The notes under the pieces: model-generated
Database searches by the model: none
What the model was told of the DNA's origin: nothing
The model's input: only the letters and a program-made list of their open reading frames with translations
Position numbers and translations under genes: made by a program
Shown: positions 22,219 to 33,157 of the stretch, piece after piece
How positions within the stretch are numbered: position 1 is the stretch's first letter
How the letters are laid out: each line of letters opens with the position of its first letter
Assembly (NCBI GenBank): GCA_030167865.1
Contig: JALAGF010001809.1
Coordinates: 1-33,157 of the forward strand
Direction of reading: 5' to 3'
Length of the DNA: 33,157 nucleotides
Origin: Craspedostauros australis
Lineage: Eukaryota

Positions 22219-22457
22219 TTCCTCCTTTCATCTTCGATCGGTCGCTCCTTCAGCCACTCCTTCAGCTGCTCCCGAAACCGCTCAAGACAAAGACAAAGAG
22301 AGAAAGAGAGAGAAGCTTCAACTCCTCTATTGATTCCCCCACACAACGTCTCTCCCTCCATTCGTATCGTACGTATCGATCGTATTCCAACGAGCATTCC
22401 TCAATCTCCTGGAGAAGCCGAACAACCAATCAAAGCAGTCGGTTGTAACTACCTGCG

Positions 22458-25304
22458 ATGGACGATCAAACTCCGCAATCGGTGAATGGGCGGGATGGCG
22501 ACGAGGAGGACGGTCGCTACTGGCATCAGCAGCTGCATCAGCAGCACCCAGCGCGGTCTACTCCTGCCGCTCAAGGGTCGTCATCAGCAGCAGCAGCAGC
22601 AGCAACAGTAACAGCAGCAGCAACAGCAGCAGGAGGCATGGCATCCGTGCGACCACCAAGTCTGGTCTCAGCTCCCTCGGCCTCACATTCCGTTGTCTCA
22701 CAACCAATGGCACCAGACCGAGGATCAATGTTGCCCATCAATCAAAATCAATTCGATGCCCATGAACATCAGCAGCATGAACATCAGCAGCATGAACATC
22801 AGCAGCAGCACTTCCACAGTGATCACCATGACGGATTCTCCCACAATGCGCAACCGCACCGGGGCGAACTGCGCGGACCCAGCATGCACAGTGTGGGAAT
22901 ATCCACCAGCAGCTTTGTATCGGATGCATCCACCCAACCCGTCTTGCAGGCCATCCACGATCACTATGAACGCGAAGTCATCACAAACGACGACACGACA
23001 CCGCATGCGGACGACCGCATATCGCAGGCGCAGCTGGACTATAATCAGAAGATGGCGGCGCAGTATGTGATGCAAACGTCGATGCAGAACGAGGTAGGCC
23101 GCGATTCGATGTACAGCCAGGATTCCTTCGCCACGGCGGGCGTTCGGTTGTCCGATATGACTGAGCCATCCGATCTTGCATCGAGTTCAGCGCACTCCGG
23201 CACCATGCGGGCTGATGCGACCTCTGCCACAAACTCTGTCGCTTTGCAACAAAACGCCGCGTGGCTTGCGGACTTGGCGCTGGAACGAAAGATCCATCCA
23301 TCCACACGAGCAGGAGACGAGGCCATATCGCAACCATCCGCTCACGCGCATTCTGCACCGGACACGGCGGCAGCTCCGCCCAACCAAGCATTCTACAGAC
23401 CCACGCCCACCCGGTTCACGCGCGGTCCCGATCAGGATGAGGCGGATCAGCTGCTGTCTCCCGACGCCAGGGCCATGTCGTTGCGTCGCCAACGCACTAC
23501 CTTCGTAGCGCAACCTGGTGCCATGGCGATCGCGGGACCGCAAAATCCAGACGACCCCATCTCCCAGAGCCGTCTCAAAGGTCGCCTCACGCCCAGTCGT
23601 CCAAGCGCTGTGCGTCCCAATCGTCTATCGCATGCGCCGCTTGCGACCATGCACGAAGAAGGCGCTGTCACGAATCCGCGCATCGATACGAGCCAGGCCA
23701 ACACCGTGTCTATTCAGAATATGGAACACGCGCCCGGCACCACCATGACAATTGCTTCCCCCAACAACCCGCATTCAAGCACTGATCGTCTCGATACCAG
23801 CGCGCAGATGGATCGCAGCGGTCGGAGGATTGATGATTCTCGGGGGTCGGTCCAGACATCTGCCTACCGCGACGACGGTGACGAGGAAAGCTCCTCGCCC
23901 ACCAAGGAGGGATCGTCGCAGAACTACATTTACATTGGCATCGTGGTGCTGGTCATCGTCATCGGTGCTATCATTGGAGCCGTGGTGGGGTTGGGCGGTT
24001 CCAACAGTAGTCCGCAAAAATCGTCCACGAACCCACCGACGTCGCCTCCCAGCGTGTCTAACGGTGAACTCAAGGCGGACCTGAGAGCCACGCTGTCAAC
24101 AATCACACCGCCCAATCATCCAGCCTGGGCCAACCCGCAATCCGCGCAGTCCAAGGCGTTGGATTGGATCGTCACATCGGATTCCTTCTTGGAATCCACC
24201 AACGTCATGTCGCAACGCTACGTCTTGGCTGTCTTCTACTATTCCCTGGATGGCGAAAACTGGTCCCAGTCCAACAACTTTCTCTCGGCCGGCACGCCCG
24301 AGTGTGATTGGAACGGCGTGGCCGACGACGGGGTCATCACGGGAGTGCAATGCAACCCCAAGGGCAACGTCCAGATCATCCGCATGTCCTCGAACGACCT
24401 CAGGGGCACCATTCCATCCGAGCTGGAGCACTTTGCCAATTCGATGGACGAGTTCGTCGCGATGTCCAACATCATCCAGGGCAACCCATTCACGGTGCTC
24501 ACCAAACTCACGAAGCTCAAGACGATCGTCATCTCATCCAACCGCGATGCCGAAGGGAAGATGCCCAGCGACCTCAACCAACTGACGCAACTGGAGGAGC
24601 TCAACTTCCAAGGCTGCTCCATGTCGGGATCATTCCCGTCCGACATGGGCACCTTGCTCACGGATCTCGAGATCATCAACGCACGTAGCAACAGCATGAC
24701 GGGCACGTTTCCATTCGATAGCTTCAACCAACCGTCATCGAAACTGAGCACTGCCCTGCTTTTTGGCAACAACATCCGCGGCAACTTGACTGATAACCTC
24801 CCGCTGTCGTTGGAACGTTTGGATCTGTCACGCAACGAGCTGACCGGCAATCTGCCGACGCAGCTCTCCAGCTGGATGAACCTGAAATCGTTGGCACTGA
24901 GCGAGAATGACTTTGAAGGCAACATCCCATCTCAATTGGGATTGCTGAAGGATCTCGAGCTGCTGGATCTGGTGGCAGCCGGGATCGATGGCGCCATACC
25001 GTCGCAGCTCGGAGACCTGGCCAAGTTGACCGCGCTGCGATTGGGAAGCAACGAGCTGACGTCATCGCTGCCCACGGATCTTGGCAGACTGGCGAAGCTG
25101 CAGCAGTTCTTCGTTGACGGCAACGTCAACCTGGGCGGAGTCCTGCCAACCCAGTTGGCGAACCTCAACTCCCTCGTCACGGGCCTGTTTCAATTCACGA
25201 ACATCACGGGAGACTTTGAATTGCTCTGCTCCATCCCCTCCATCTTCCAGGTCATCGTGCAGCAGTCGCAGACCCCCTCCTGCAGTTGCTGCCAGATGCT
25301 GTGA
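22458..25304 (+). CDS. Single-pass leucine-rich-repeat receptor-like protein (948 aa), LRR domain C-terminal to the TM helix, no kinase domain
   Basis: Disordered N-terminal ~490 aa, then TM YIYIGIVVLVIVIGAIIGAVVGL and a PT/S stalk. LRR N-cap SAQSKALDW...QRYVLAVFYYSLDGENW...ECDWNGV. About 11 plant-type LRRs (LxxLxLxxNxLxGxIPxxLxxL), ending in a Cys cap (CSCC). Confidence 0.93.
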   Translation: MDDQTPQSVNGRDGDEEDGRYWHQQLHQQHPARSTPAAQGSSSAAAAAATVTAAATAAGGMASVRPPSLVSAPSASHSVVSQPMAPDRGSMLPINQNQFDAHEHQQHEHQQHEHQQQHFHSDHHDGFSHNAQPHRGELRGPSMHSVGISTSSFVSDASTQPVLQAIHDHYEREVITNDDTTPHADDRISQAQLDYNQKMAAQYVMQTSMQNEVGRDSMYSQDSFATAGVRLSDMTEPSDLASSSAHSGTMRADATSATNSVALQQNAAWLADLALERKIHPSTRAGDEAISQPSAHAHSAPDTAAAPPNQAFYRPTPTRFTRGPDQDEADQLLSPDARAMSLRRQRTTFVAQPGAMAIAGPQNPDDPISQSRLKGRLTPSRPSAVRPNRLSHAPLATMHEEGAVTNPRIDTSQANTVSIQNMEHAPGTTMTIASPNNPHSSTDRLDTSAQMDRSGRRIDDSRGSVQTSAYRDDGDEESSSPTKEGSSQNYIYIGIVVLVIVIGAIIGAVVGLGGSNSSPQKSSTNPPTSPPSVSNGELKADLRATLSTITPPNHPAWANPQSAQSKALDWIVTSDSFLESTNVMSQRYVLAVFYYSLDGENWSQSNNFLSAGTPECDWNGVADDGVITGVQCNPKGNVQIIRMSSNDLRGTIPSELEHFANSMDEFVAMSNIIQGNPFTVLTKLTKLKTIVISSNRDAEGKMPSDLNQLTQLEELNFQGCSMSGSFPSDMGTLLTDLEIINARSNSMTGTFPFDSFNQPSSKLSTALLFGNNIRGNLTDNLPLSLERLDLSRNELTGNLPTQLSSWMNLKSLALSENDFEGNIPSQLGLLKDLELLDLVAAGIDGAIPSQLGDLAKLTALRLGSNELTSSLPTDLGRLAKLQQFFVDGNVNLGGVLPTQLANLNSLVTGLFQFTNITGDFELLCSIPSIFQVIVQQSQTPSCSCCQML

Positions 25305-25907
25305 CGAGCTGAACGATCGTCTGCTCATTAAAGTTGCGGCAGACTGAATCGCAACGTCCTGCACGAGCACGCCTCACAGATCGTGGAGGCAGTGCACCCA
25401 ACCTCGTGTCTTCCCAATGTGAAATTCGATGAAGCGTTGAGTAGAGTCCTCTACCTTGTTAGAAAACAGTAATATATGGCAGAACAGTATATTTCAATGT
25501 AATGATGCATTCCAGGGTGATGACGATGGAGATAGAGGAGAGTCAAGTGCTCTGCTTGACGTGTAGTAGTACGGAACCGCAAGCGATTGATGTCGACTTG
25601 TCCGAACAAGACTAGTTCTCTTGTCGTTCGTGATTTGCAATCACGATCAAGCTTCCACGTGGAAGGAACCGACAGAACAATGACCACAGAAATTCCTCCC
25701 GAATTTGGCAACACGTTGATGTGCAACACCAATGACGCCAGCAACACAACACAACGCATCGGCATTGCGACTTGCACATCACTTCGCACTTCATGAAGTA
25801 GCTGGGGACACAAACACTCAGCAAGCAAGGGCACTCTACCATACCTACACATCTCTAGAGTAGTACTTGGCAACACCGGTAGCAAGCAACATCGGCAGAA
25901 AGGAAAG

Positions 25908-26924
25908 ATGAAGAGAATGACCATGAGAAGCGATCAGGTCGGAAGGCGATTGGCCCGCAAAGCCACCATCATCTGCAACAACGCAGTCAAGGAGGCCTTC
26001 GGAATGGGTCATTGCCGCGAGAGCGTTGCCAACAGCGCAGCTAGATCGGCCATCGCCGTCTTCCAGGCGCAGCAACGTCGCATGCTGTCCACGCGGCCGC
26101 TGAAGTTCGGTTCTGTACCGTCACATCTCCCAATGCCAATGACGACCTTCCATGGACCGGGCAAGGGAGGCACCCATTCGCACTCTGACGTTGCGGGCAA
26201 CAGACGCAGCATGTCCTCTAAAGCAACTGCCACAGCGGCGGCAGCGCCGAAAAAGGCCGCGGATCCGGCCAAAGCGGCAGAGATCAAGGCCAGAGCCTTC
26301 GTGATCGAGGTTGGATACTCGGCCGCCGTCGCCAAGGGCGTGGTGAAGGCGCTCAAGGATTCCGGCATGTCCGGCACGTCGTTGCTGTCTGCCGTCAAGG
26401 GCATGGCGGGACGCTGGGAGGTTGGGGACGACGAAGGCCTGGAAGCGCTCGCGGCAGCCGTGCAGCAAACGCTGGCTGCGGAAGATGGCAAGGCGGTCGT
26501 CACATTTCATGTCGTGCCTCCCAACGGTTGGGTGTCTGGTGAGGATGATGTCACCGACGGAGATGACGCGACGCGCGTCGACATGTCCAAAGCCTTCCAG
26601 GTCAGAGGACTGGAGGGCATGTCGGTCACGGACATCGCCAAGTTCGGTACGGGCGACGGTGCCAACACGCTGGGCGAGTACATCGAATGCGCCTGCGCGG
26701 GCATCATGGCGTGCTCGACGTGCCATGTGATCATCGATGACAAGTGGTTCCCCAAAGTCGGCAAGCCATGCGAGGCGGAGTTGGACATGATCGATCTGGC
26801 GTACAACCCCAAACGGACGTCGCGACTGGCCTGTCAGGTCAAGATGACGAAGGAGCTGGATGGATTGGTGCTCAAGATCCCGAAGGGATCCAACAACCTC
26901 ATGGATTTCATTCCATTCGAATGA
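25908..26924 (+). CDS. Adrenodoxin/Yah1-type 2Fe-2S ferredoxin, probably mitochondrial, with long N-terminal extension (338 aa)
   Basis: Cluster ligands C-x5-C-x2-C (ECACAGIMACSTCHV) and SRLACQ, with ELDMIDLA between them. Arg/Ser/Ala-rich, acid-poor N-terminus with RRMLST and RRSMSS resembles a mitochondrial presequence. Confidence 0.92.
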   Translation: MKRMTMRSDQVGRRLARKATIICNNAVKEAFGMGHCRESVANSAARSAIAVFQAQQRRMLSTRPLKFGSVPSHLPMPMTTFHGPGKGGTHSHSDVAGNRRSMSSKATATAAAAPKKAADPAKAAEIKARAFVIEVGYSAAVAKGVVKALKDSGMSGTSLLSAVKGMAGRWEVGDDEGLEALAAAVQQTLAAEDGKAVVTFHVVPPNGWVSGEDDVTDGDDATRVDMSKAFQVRGLEGMSVTDIAKFGTGDGANTLGEYIECACAGIMACSTCHVIIDDKWFPKVGKPCEAELDMIDLAYNPKRTSRLACQVKMTKELDGLVLKIPKGSNNLMDFIPFE

Positions 26925-27197
26925 ATGAGCTCGGCATCGCGATTCCACCAATCGATCGTCACCGACATGCGTGTGAAGCGCATTCACGAACCTGAATTCC
27001 AGGCCCTTGCATGGCACACACGCACCTACATGGGGAGGCACATGCATGGGCGTGAGAGTGAGCATGAATGTGGATGTGAGGATACGAGCGCGAATCTCCG
27101 GGTAGATAGGATGCATCTACACATGCGCACGTGCGGATTGGCATGTGCGGATTGGATGGGTAAGTATTGGTGGATGAGCAAGCAGTCTGAATTCAAT

Positions 27198-27250
27198 CGG
27201 ATTGGATTGGACTGGATTCGATGGGACTGGACTGGAGTCGGCTTGGATAC
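27198..27250. repeat. Degenerate pentamer microsatellite (GGAYT)n
   Basis: ggattggattggactggattcgatgggactggactggagtcggcttggat, downstream of the ferredoxin gene. Confidence 0.65.
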
Positions 27251-30200
27251 AATTGGTCCAGACTGGTATCACGACATGATTGCAATCGCGACGCCCACCT
27301 TCCTCACATCAACCAATGTACTCTACATTGTACTAAACACTCTACTCGCATCTCTCTTCCATTCCGTCTGCCGATCCTGAATGAAGACGAACAGCTCAAG
27401 GCATCCAACGCCTCCAATGTGCGCGATGACAAACCCAATCCGCAACCAGGCTTCCATCAGACCTCTCGGATGGAGCCGCGAAGAGGATGTCAACTTCCGC
27501 TGAAGCCGAAGGCATGATTTTCCACTGCTGCCCTGTTGGATGGTGCACTTCACTCTCTGGTAGTCCGCATCCCAGAACACCGTTCTATCAGCTGCACTTG
27601 CATTTGAAGCTCTGCGGAAGACTCTGCGCTGCGCTGCTCAAGACACGCGAGTGCCATGCAATACGATATGTTGGTGCTGCAACAATCGTACAGGTGGCGA
27701 AAGTGACGACGATCGTGACGGCACCAGAGGCTCCACCAGAAAGTGAGATGAAGGAAGATCGGCGACGCCAGCGAAGCGCGCTTCACAGGGGAGCTTCCTG
27801 TCTGTGGCGCGCCACGGAACATTTGTAAAACAGCAACCGGATCGATGGATCAAAAGAAAGCCGATGAACCGATGCGACATTTCGCGAGGCCTCCAAAGTT
27901 CACATCCTTGAACTTCGACCCTCTCTTTCGTGTTCCAGCAATCATCAGCATCGCAAAGTCACCCGAGTGCCAATCGATTCAGACAGAGTGCACAGACTCT
28001 CCCTTCCAACGGATGCTCCCTGACGCGAGAAGAGGAGAGCGATTGGCCACGTACTGATGGCAAGGGACAAGGCGTTTCGGCTGCGTCGACTTCCGCCCTC
28101 CGAAGGTGGCGTCGGCATCAAAAAATGAACCTTCACAAACTGAAACGCGAACGCTCTTGGTAAAGGTTAAATCGCGTGCTCACTTTTTTGGACACTCCGC
28201 TGTCTTGGTTGCCACCTCCTCCGACACGCCCAAGTCTGAAAACTGCGACATTCGAATGCGAAAACACACGAACGTCTTACCATCCACAGGAACAACCGAG
28301 ATCGCTCGCGCTGTGCTCTCATACGGTAAGCAGGTGCATGTGGCATGGCACAATCTCTCTCTCTCTGGCGAGAGGCGTGACAGCGGCTGGAATGTAAAAC
28401 CACCATACGCATAATGTTCTCGTGACGGTGAAGTGAGTGCGTTCTGATCGTTCCATCCGGATCGCGAAGTTCGCGTACTAGTACGATTCTGGCACTTGCA
28501 CACCGCATCTCGGACGGAACCATCTGCATCCTCTGACGATCATTCTTTCTGTTGTCCGTCGATCAATCTCCTCCCACCGTCTCTCATGCGGCCCCTTGAG
28601 CAAGAGATCACAGATCGTGTTGATGAAGCATTCTTGGAAGGATTATGTGCACATCATGTACGAGTATTCACTTCTTCGTTGGTCGCCGAACTACCGATGT
28701 TGAAGAGGGAAGCACGATCCACAGCATGTGAGTGAAGACGATTGCGATTCCCTGCCCCTGCTCCAACCACTATCAGCACCAGGTGCGAGCATCTTCATGC
28801 AGCAAATGCAGTTGTTTCGGTGGATGCTTCCGGAGGTGCCGACCAGGAAGTACAGAGCCCGCGCTTCCTGTTCCTTTCGAGTACCGTGCCTTCAACAACT
28901 TCGCTTTCGGATGGTACTCGTTCGCATACGCGTCACCTATACCTGCATATATCTTGAGCTGTGGGGAAGGAGGGAAGAATCATCAGGGATTGGTGGACGA
29001 CAGGAAACGAATGTTCGAATGGCCACTACATTGCATCCCATACTCATCCTCATCCTCACAATCGAATTACAGTGAACCTGTTTCGTCGCCAGAGCTGAAC
29101 TTTCCTGCCCAAAGATCTCTTTTTCGAACCAGTGATGTCGATGTCGGTTCGTACATGGATCGATCATCAGCGACATTGCCATTGCAAAACCATCAAGAGG
29201 AAGGGTGGTGGATGGCTACACCTTTCAGCATCCCGCCACCAAACACCACCAAACTCCTCTCCGCCTGCAGATGCTTTACTCTCCGCCATTAGTCGAGCGT
29301 CTATCGTGGCCGCTCGTCCGCTGTCCTCACCCATAGTGGCAATTGCCGGATGCATGACCGCTCCGACCACCAGGTTGCCACAACTTCCGTCACCGTTCGC
29401 TTCCTGAAACAGCTTCGACGGTGATGCGCGAGTTATGGTCGTCCGTGGCGTGCATACCCTTACCAACGCCCCGTACGTAAGTGTAGATGCTTCAGCAATA
29501 GTACTATACTGTACGAACAATGTAGAAACCTTCCGAATACATCGGTCCCAACGGATGGGAAGGCCAACAACCACGAGCAGCCCATGCCTCCGCCCATGCC
29601 TCCACCTTTGCAGGCAGCTAACGTTGTGACCCATCGGCAGTTCACGCCAACACGGCGACATTGCGGATGCCACTGAGTACAATAGTGGGAAAGAAGTGCA
29701 CATTGAACAACACCCTTCGCAGCCTCCGTCACAAAAGACAATGGCTTCGCATCTGAAAATGAATCTTCAAGGTAGAATTGAATCACGTTGTTGGCGTATG
29801 TGGGTGTGTGATCCTTCTCGAGTGTACTCTTGGGTTTATTGCCCTAACTCGTGGTAGTGCCACACCACGAACACACCGAAGGCGTAGAATTCAGCCATGT
29901 TGTTCAATTCTGTCTGCACGAGTTCTGGTCCAACTGCGAAGGAAGACTCAGGACTCGCTCTTCCAATGGGTGGACATGGCCAGATTTATCATGACGGTTG
30001 CATTCTGTTGGAACGAAAACCAGTCCTTCTCGCTTCTTGTCATTCATCGTGTTTGGACAGAACTTCAGACCCACACTGAATACCGCGGTTTCGAATCCAC
30101 GAGGCACTATCGGTTTGAATGAGACATGATTCTCCCCATTTGTGATTGCTGCGCGGCGCTGCGACGGCGCAAGGTTCGCGATTCGATCCACAGAAACGTG

Positions 30201-30653
30201 ACGTCAACCAAACCTCTGACGAGAAGTTCCACATTTACGCAAGGAACACGAAAGTCGAAGGCGGCAACGACCGTGGCTGATCGCGCAAAGTGGATACAGA
30301 TGCTCTGTTTGATGTCGGCATACAACTAGTAGACCACTTACCACAGCACCGTACATGACAACGCGTTACAACCTCCGCTCCGCCAACTCCCATCCACGAT
30401 CGCGAGTTGTGGTGACCCGTTGTCTGCCTTCCTTCAACCTCAACATCCCCAAACCAAATTGAAGGAAGCCTGACGGAAGCACCAACGCAAATGCAGATGA
30501 TGGTGCCCATCCTCTCACTCAGACACTGGAACTTGTCGCGATTGGTTACAAACATCTCATTCATCACGTAGTCTTCGCATGGGCAAATCACAAACACCCC
30601 GAGCCAACCCACCCATCTGTAATCCTCACCATTCATCAACACCAACCACCAAA

Positions 30654-30825
30654 AAACATCACAAACATCACAAACATCATCAGAAGGTGCAACATCAACT
30701 GAAACAGCATCAACTTGAATAAGCTCATAAAACGACCATCATCACATCCACAACCACAACCATAAACAACACAGACATTGACACAGACATTGACATTAAC
30801 ATTAACATTGACATTGACACTCACA
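30654..30825. repeat. A/C-rich degenerate repeats (aaacatcac x3; ACATTR hexamers) upstream of the 30856 ORF
   Basis: aaacatcacaaacatcacaaacatcat and gacattgacacagacattgacattaacattaacattgacattgac. Confidence 0.65.
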
Positions 30826-30855
30826 CCAACAATACCGCCCACCACTGTCACCACA

Positions 30856-31362
30856 ATGAACACCCAACAGCAACAACACAACAAGGATGGTGAGCGACAG
30901 GCCGCCAACCCAACGAACATGCCAGGATCGCAGCATCCTCGTCATCATCAGCCGCACCAGCAGCAGCAGGAGCAACAACAACGACGACAGCGTCAGGCTG
31001 ACGAACCCAACTCGTCACCTCGATCGATGACGCAGCCTCGATCGATCCCACAAAGGATGACCTTCGCTGGACACGCCGCTGCGGCTCAGGGCCTCATTGG
31101 ATCCGATTGCAGCCAAGGCAGGGGCTTGGTGGGTCGTAGCATCACGGCAACGGCGCTGCTGCAGAATCCCTCAGCACGCGGCGCGTCGCATCGCCCTTTC
31201 TCCATTGCCGCCAGGACAGGTCTCCAGTTTCCGCAACAGCCCCGCCACAACCAATCCACGTCGTTCGACAAACAACGGCTGATGGACCTGCTGGATATGA
31301 CCTTGGAGATCATCCAGGACGATCTCGTTGACTCCTCAACCTTCTCGCCAAAGAGGCAGTGA
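30856..31362 (+). CDS. Small Gln-rich disordered protein (168 aa) with one C-terminal amphipathic helix
   Basis: First ATG (ccacaATG) of ORF 30778..31362. GC-rich, coding-like codons. Poly-Q tracts and terminal motif KQRLMDLLDMTLEIIQDD. Confidence 0.65.
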   Translation: MNTQQQQHNKDGERQAANPTNMPGSQHPRHHQPHQQQQEQQQRRQRQADEPNSSPRSMTQPRSIPQRMTFAGHAAAAQGLIGSDCSQGRGLVGRSITATALLQNPSARGASHRPFSIAARTGLQFPQQPRHNQSTSFDKQRLMDLLDMTLEIIQDDLVDSSTFSPKRQ

Positions 31363-33157
31363 GCCCAAGCGTGATGCCATGTGACGTTCGGTGACTACCA
31401 CCATCCAAAATGAGGCATGTTGCCAAGTCAAGACCCAGGCACAAGAACCGAAGGCACGGCAAGGGACTTTCGCCAAACGAGAAGCTGACAGTCCACGCCA
31501 ACACATACATTTGCACAATATGATGTAATATGATATAATACAATGCCAAGTAAAGTAACGCAAAGTGAAATAGATGTACTCTGAAGAGAAATAACACAAC
31601 ACTCCCTTTGTCCCGACGTCGCATGCCTTTATCCCAGCAGCGAACAGAAAGCTATCGGATTGGTGCGTACATCTCCGTGGCGAAGTACGAATGGATGGCT
31701 GTGGACGGCTCATCTCTATTTCTCCTTCTCTCTCTCGCTTCTGTCATCGTTGGTCCATGATAGCGCAGAAACTGAGCAAGACAGACTCTCCTGACAGGAG
31801 CTCAACCCACTTGCTTGTCTCCTCCCTCTAGTTTCAACAGGGCATCCTGATCCAATGTACTATACGCACATACGAGAAACAGGATGCTCGATGCAACGGC
31901 GGTCCAGAGATTTAATTGCAATACCGCTGAATGCAAGTCTGTTGCATCCGTTGACTCTCAGCCACCGAACTATTTCCATAGGTACTCTGCCTCGTACGGC
32001 AGATGAGTACCGTACCGTACTCGCAAAAGGAAACGAGCACCAAGGACGTTATGTCAAGGGCTCTGGCACAAGAGAGAGAGAGAGAGAGAAAGTCGTGCCC
32101 TAATGGTAGAATACCTACTAATAATATGTACACCTGGTTTCGCATCGAGTGTGGACGAAGTTATCCAAGGGGCAATGCCCACAGAATGTTTCTCGCTGTT
32201 TCGTCGCCAAAGGTTGACCTCGTCTCGTGCAAAGTTGGAATGCCGCCATCCTAATTCCTACGGATGTATCGAATGTAAACCTGCGTTTCGTCTCTCCCTC
32301 TCTCTCTCTCTCTCTCTGGAATTCCAAGGTGGCCAATGCTCGTACCATTGTGTTCTGGTGCAGAGTATCCACTTCGGCTATTGGGGTGATCCACGCAGAG
32401 TCTGGAAGTATGTAGCGTATTAGTACGTGCGTGGGACGAAGTGGCAGGACATCAACTCATTTTTCTTCGATTTCCTTTGTCCACGATCAATTCCAATCTC
32501 AACAATCGAGGATCACGCGTGATGGATCATGGAAAATCATGGCGCCTGAACCAAGCAGATGCGTGATGCGGACGAGAATGAAATAGATACACAGTGGTGG
32601 GCGTGGCACGAATTGTCTTACTCGTACCATACACGTGGATGATTACGAAGCGTTCTATTCTACCATCCTCCGTGGTTTGTTGCTGACGTCTGCATCCATG
32701 CTGCGAGTACCATCCTGGACATTGTCAAATGTGTCGACAGTACTACTATGCTGTATACACGAGTGATGGGAGGAACAAGGGAACCGCGGTAAAGACCATA
32801 TATTGGTCGGATTTTGCTTTACTCACGCTTGAGGCGTGTTGTACGGTTTTGGGATCTGTCGAGTCAACCACTAATGGTATTACTAGAGCACGCCTTTCCC
32901 GTGTTGACTTGACGTTGCGCTTATTTACGTACGTGCTCGACATGTCGTGCACGGTGTGCCAATGCCAATGATGTCCGCTTTGCGCTCGTTCCACCCCTGT
33001 CGTGTCTGCTCCAAGACATGCCAATTTCCAGACCCACGACATCACATCGCTGTCTTCTTGTCAATATGGCCCATACGACAGCCTCGCTTTCCGCACAAAC
33101 CTTGATTCGCAACAGCCGTTTGTGTTCTTCCGGTTCCTCCTCCGTGCGGTTCCTGTT

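Noticed and set aside
25290-25304. C-terminal CQML of the LRR protein as a CaaX prenylation signal
   Set aside because: It belongs to the CSCC Cys cap of a domain predicted to be extracytoplasmic.
27400-30600. Scattered short ORFs and donor-like sites (GTGAGT 28728, GTAAGT 29477) suggesting a decayed gene
   Set aside because: I could not build a consistent exon chain or recognise any product.
32900-33157. Minus-strand open frames at the right edge
   Set aside because: No recognisable product, and a continuous gene model would need frame changes.

Overview
Eukaryotic nuclear DNA, most consistent with a pennate diatom: GT-AG introns, microsatellite-rich spacers, poly-Q/H/D tracts, and protein families I recall as typical of diatoms. 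I see no operons, rRNA, tRNA, CRISPR array or recognisable intact mobile element. Well-supported genes: a cAMP-receptor/Git3-like 7TM GPCR (9786-11564, -); a ~1600-aa acidic/coiled-coil protein (13005-17849, -); a 3-exon, 865-aa type II membrane glycosyltransferase-like gene (18481-21384, +); a single-pass LRR receptor-like protein (22458-25304, +); and a mitochondrial-type 2Fe-2S ferredoxin with an extra helical domain (25908-26924, +). Less certain: a 3-exon, 491-aa gene that may hold a split PH-like fold (6072-8156, -) and three small ORFs (2063-2758 -, 4627-4878 +, 30856-31362 +). The most interesting item is split across frames in the ORF track. Once spliced, the glycosyltransferase-like gene is an internal tandem duplication of a Fringe/GT31-like domain. 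Both copies carry an intron inside the same Trp codon, and copy 2 has lost the DxD motif (DDD to HDT), which suggests an enzyme fused to a pseudo-enzyme. Family calls come from reading motifs by eye; no searches were run.
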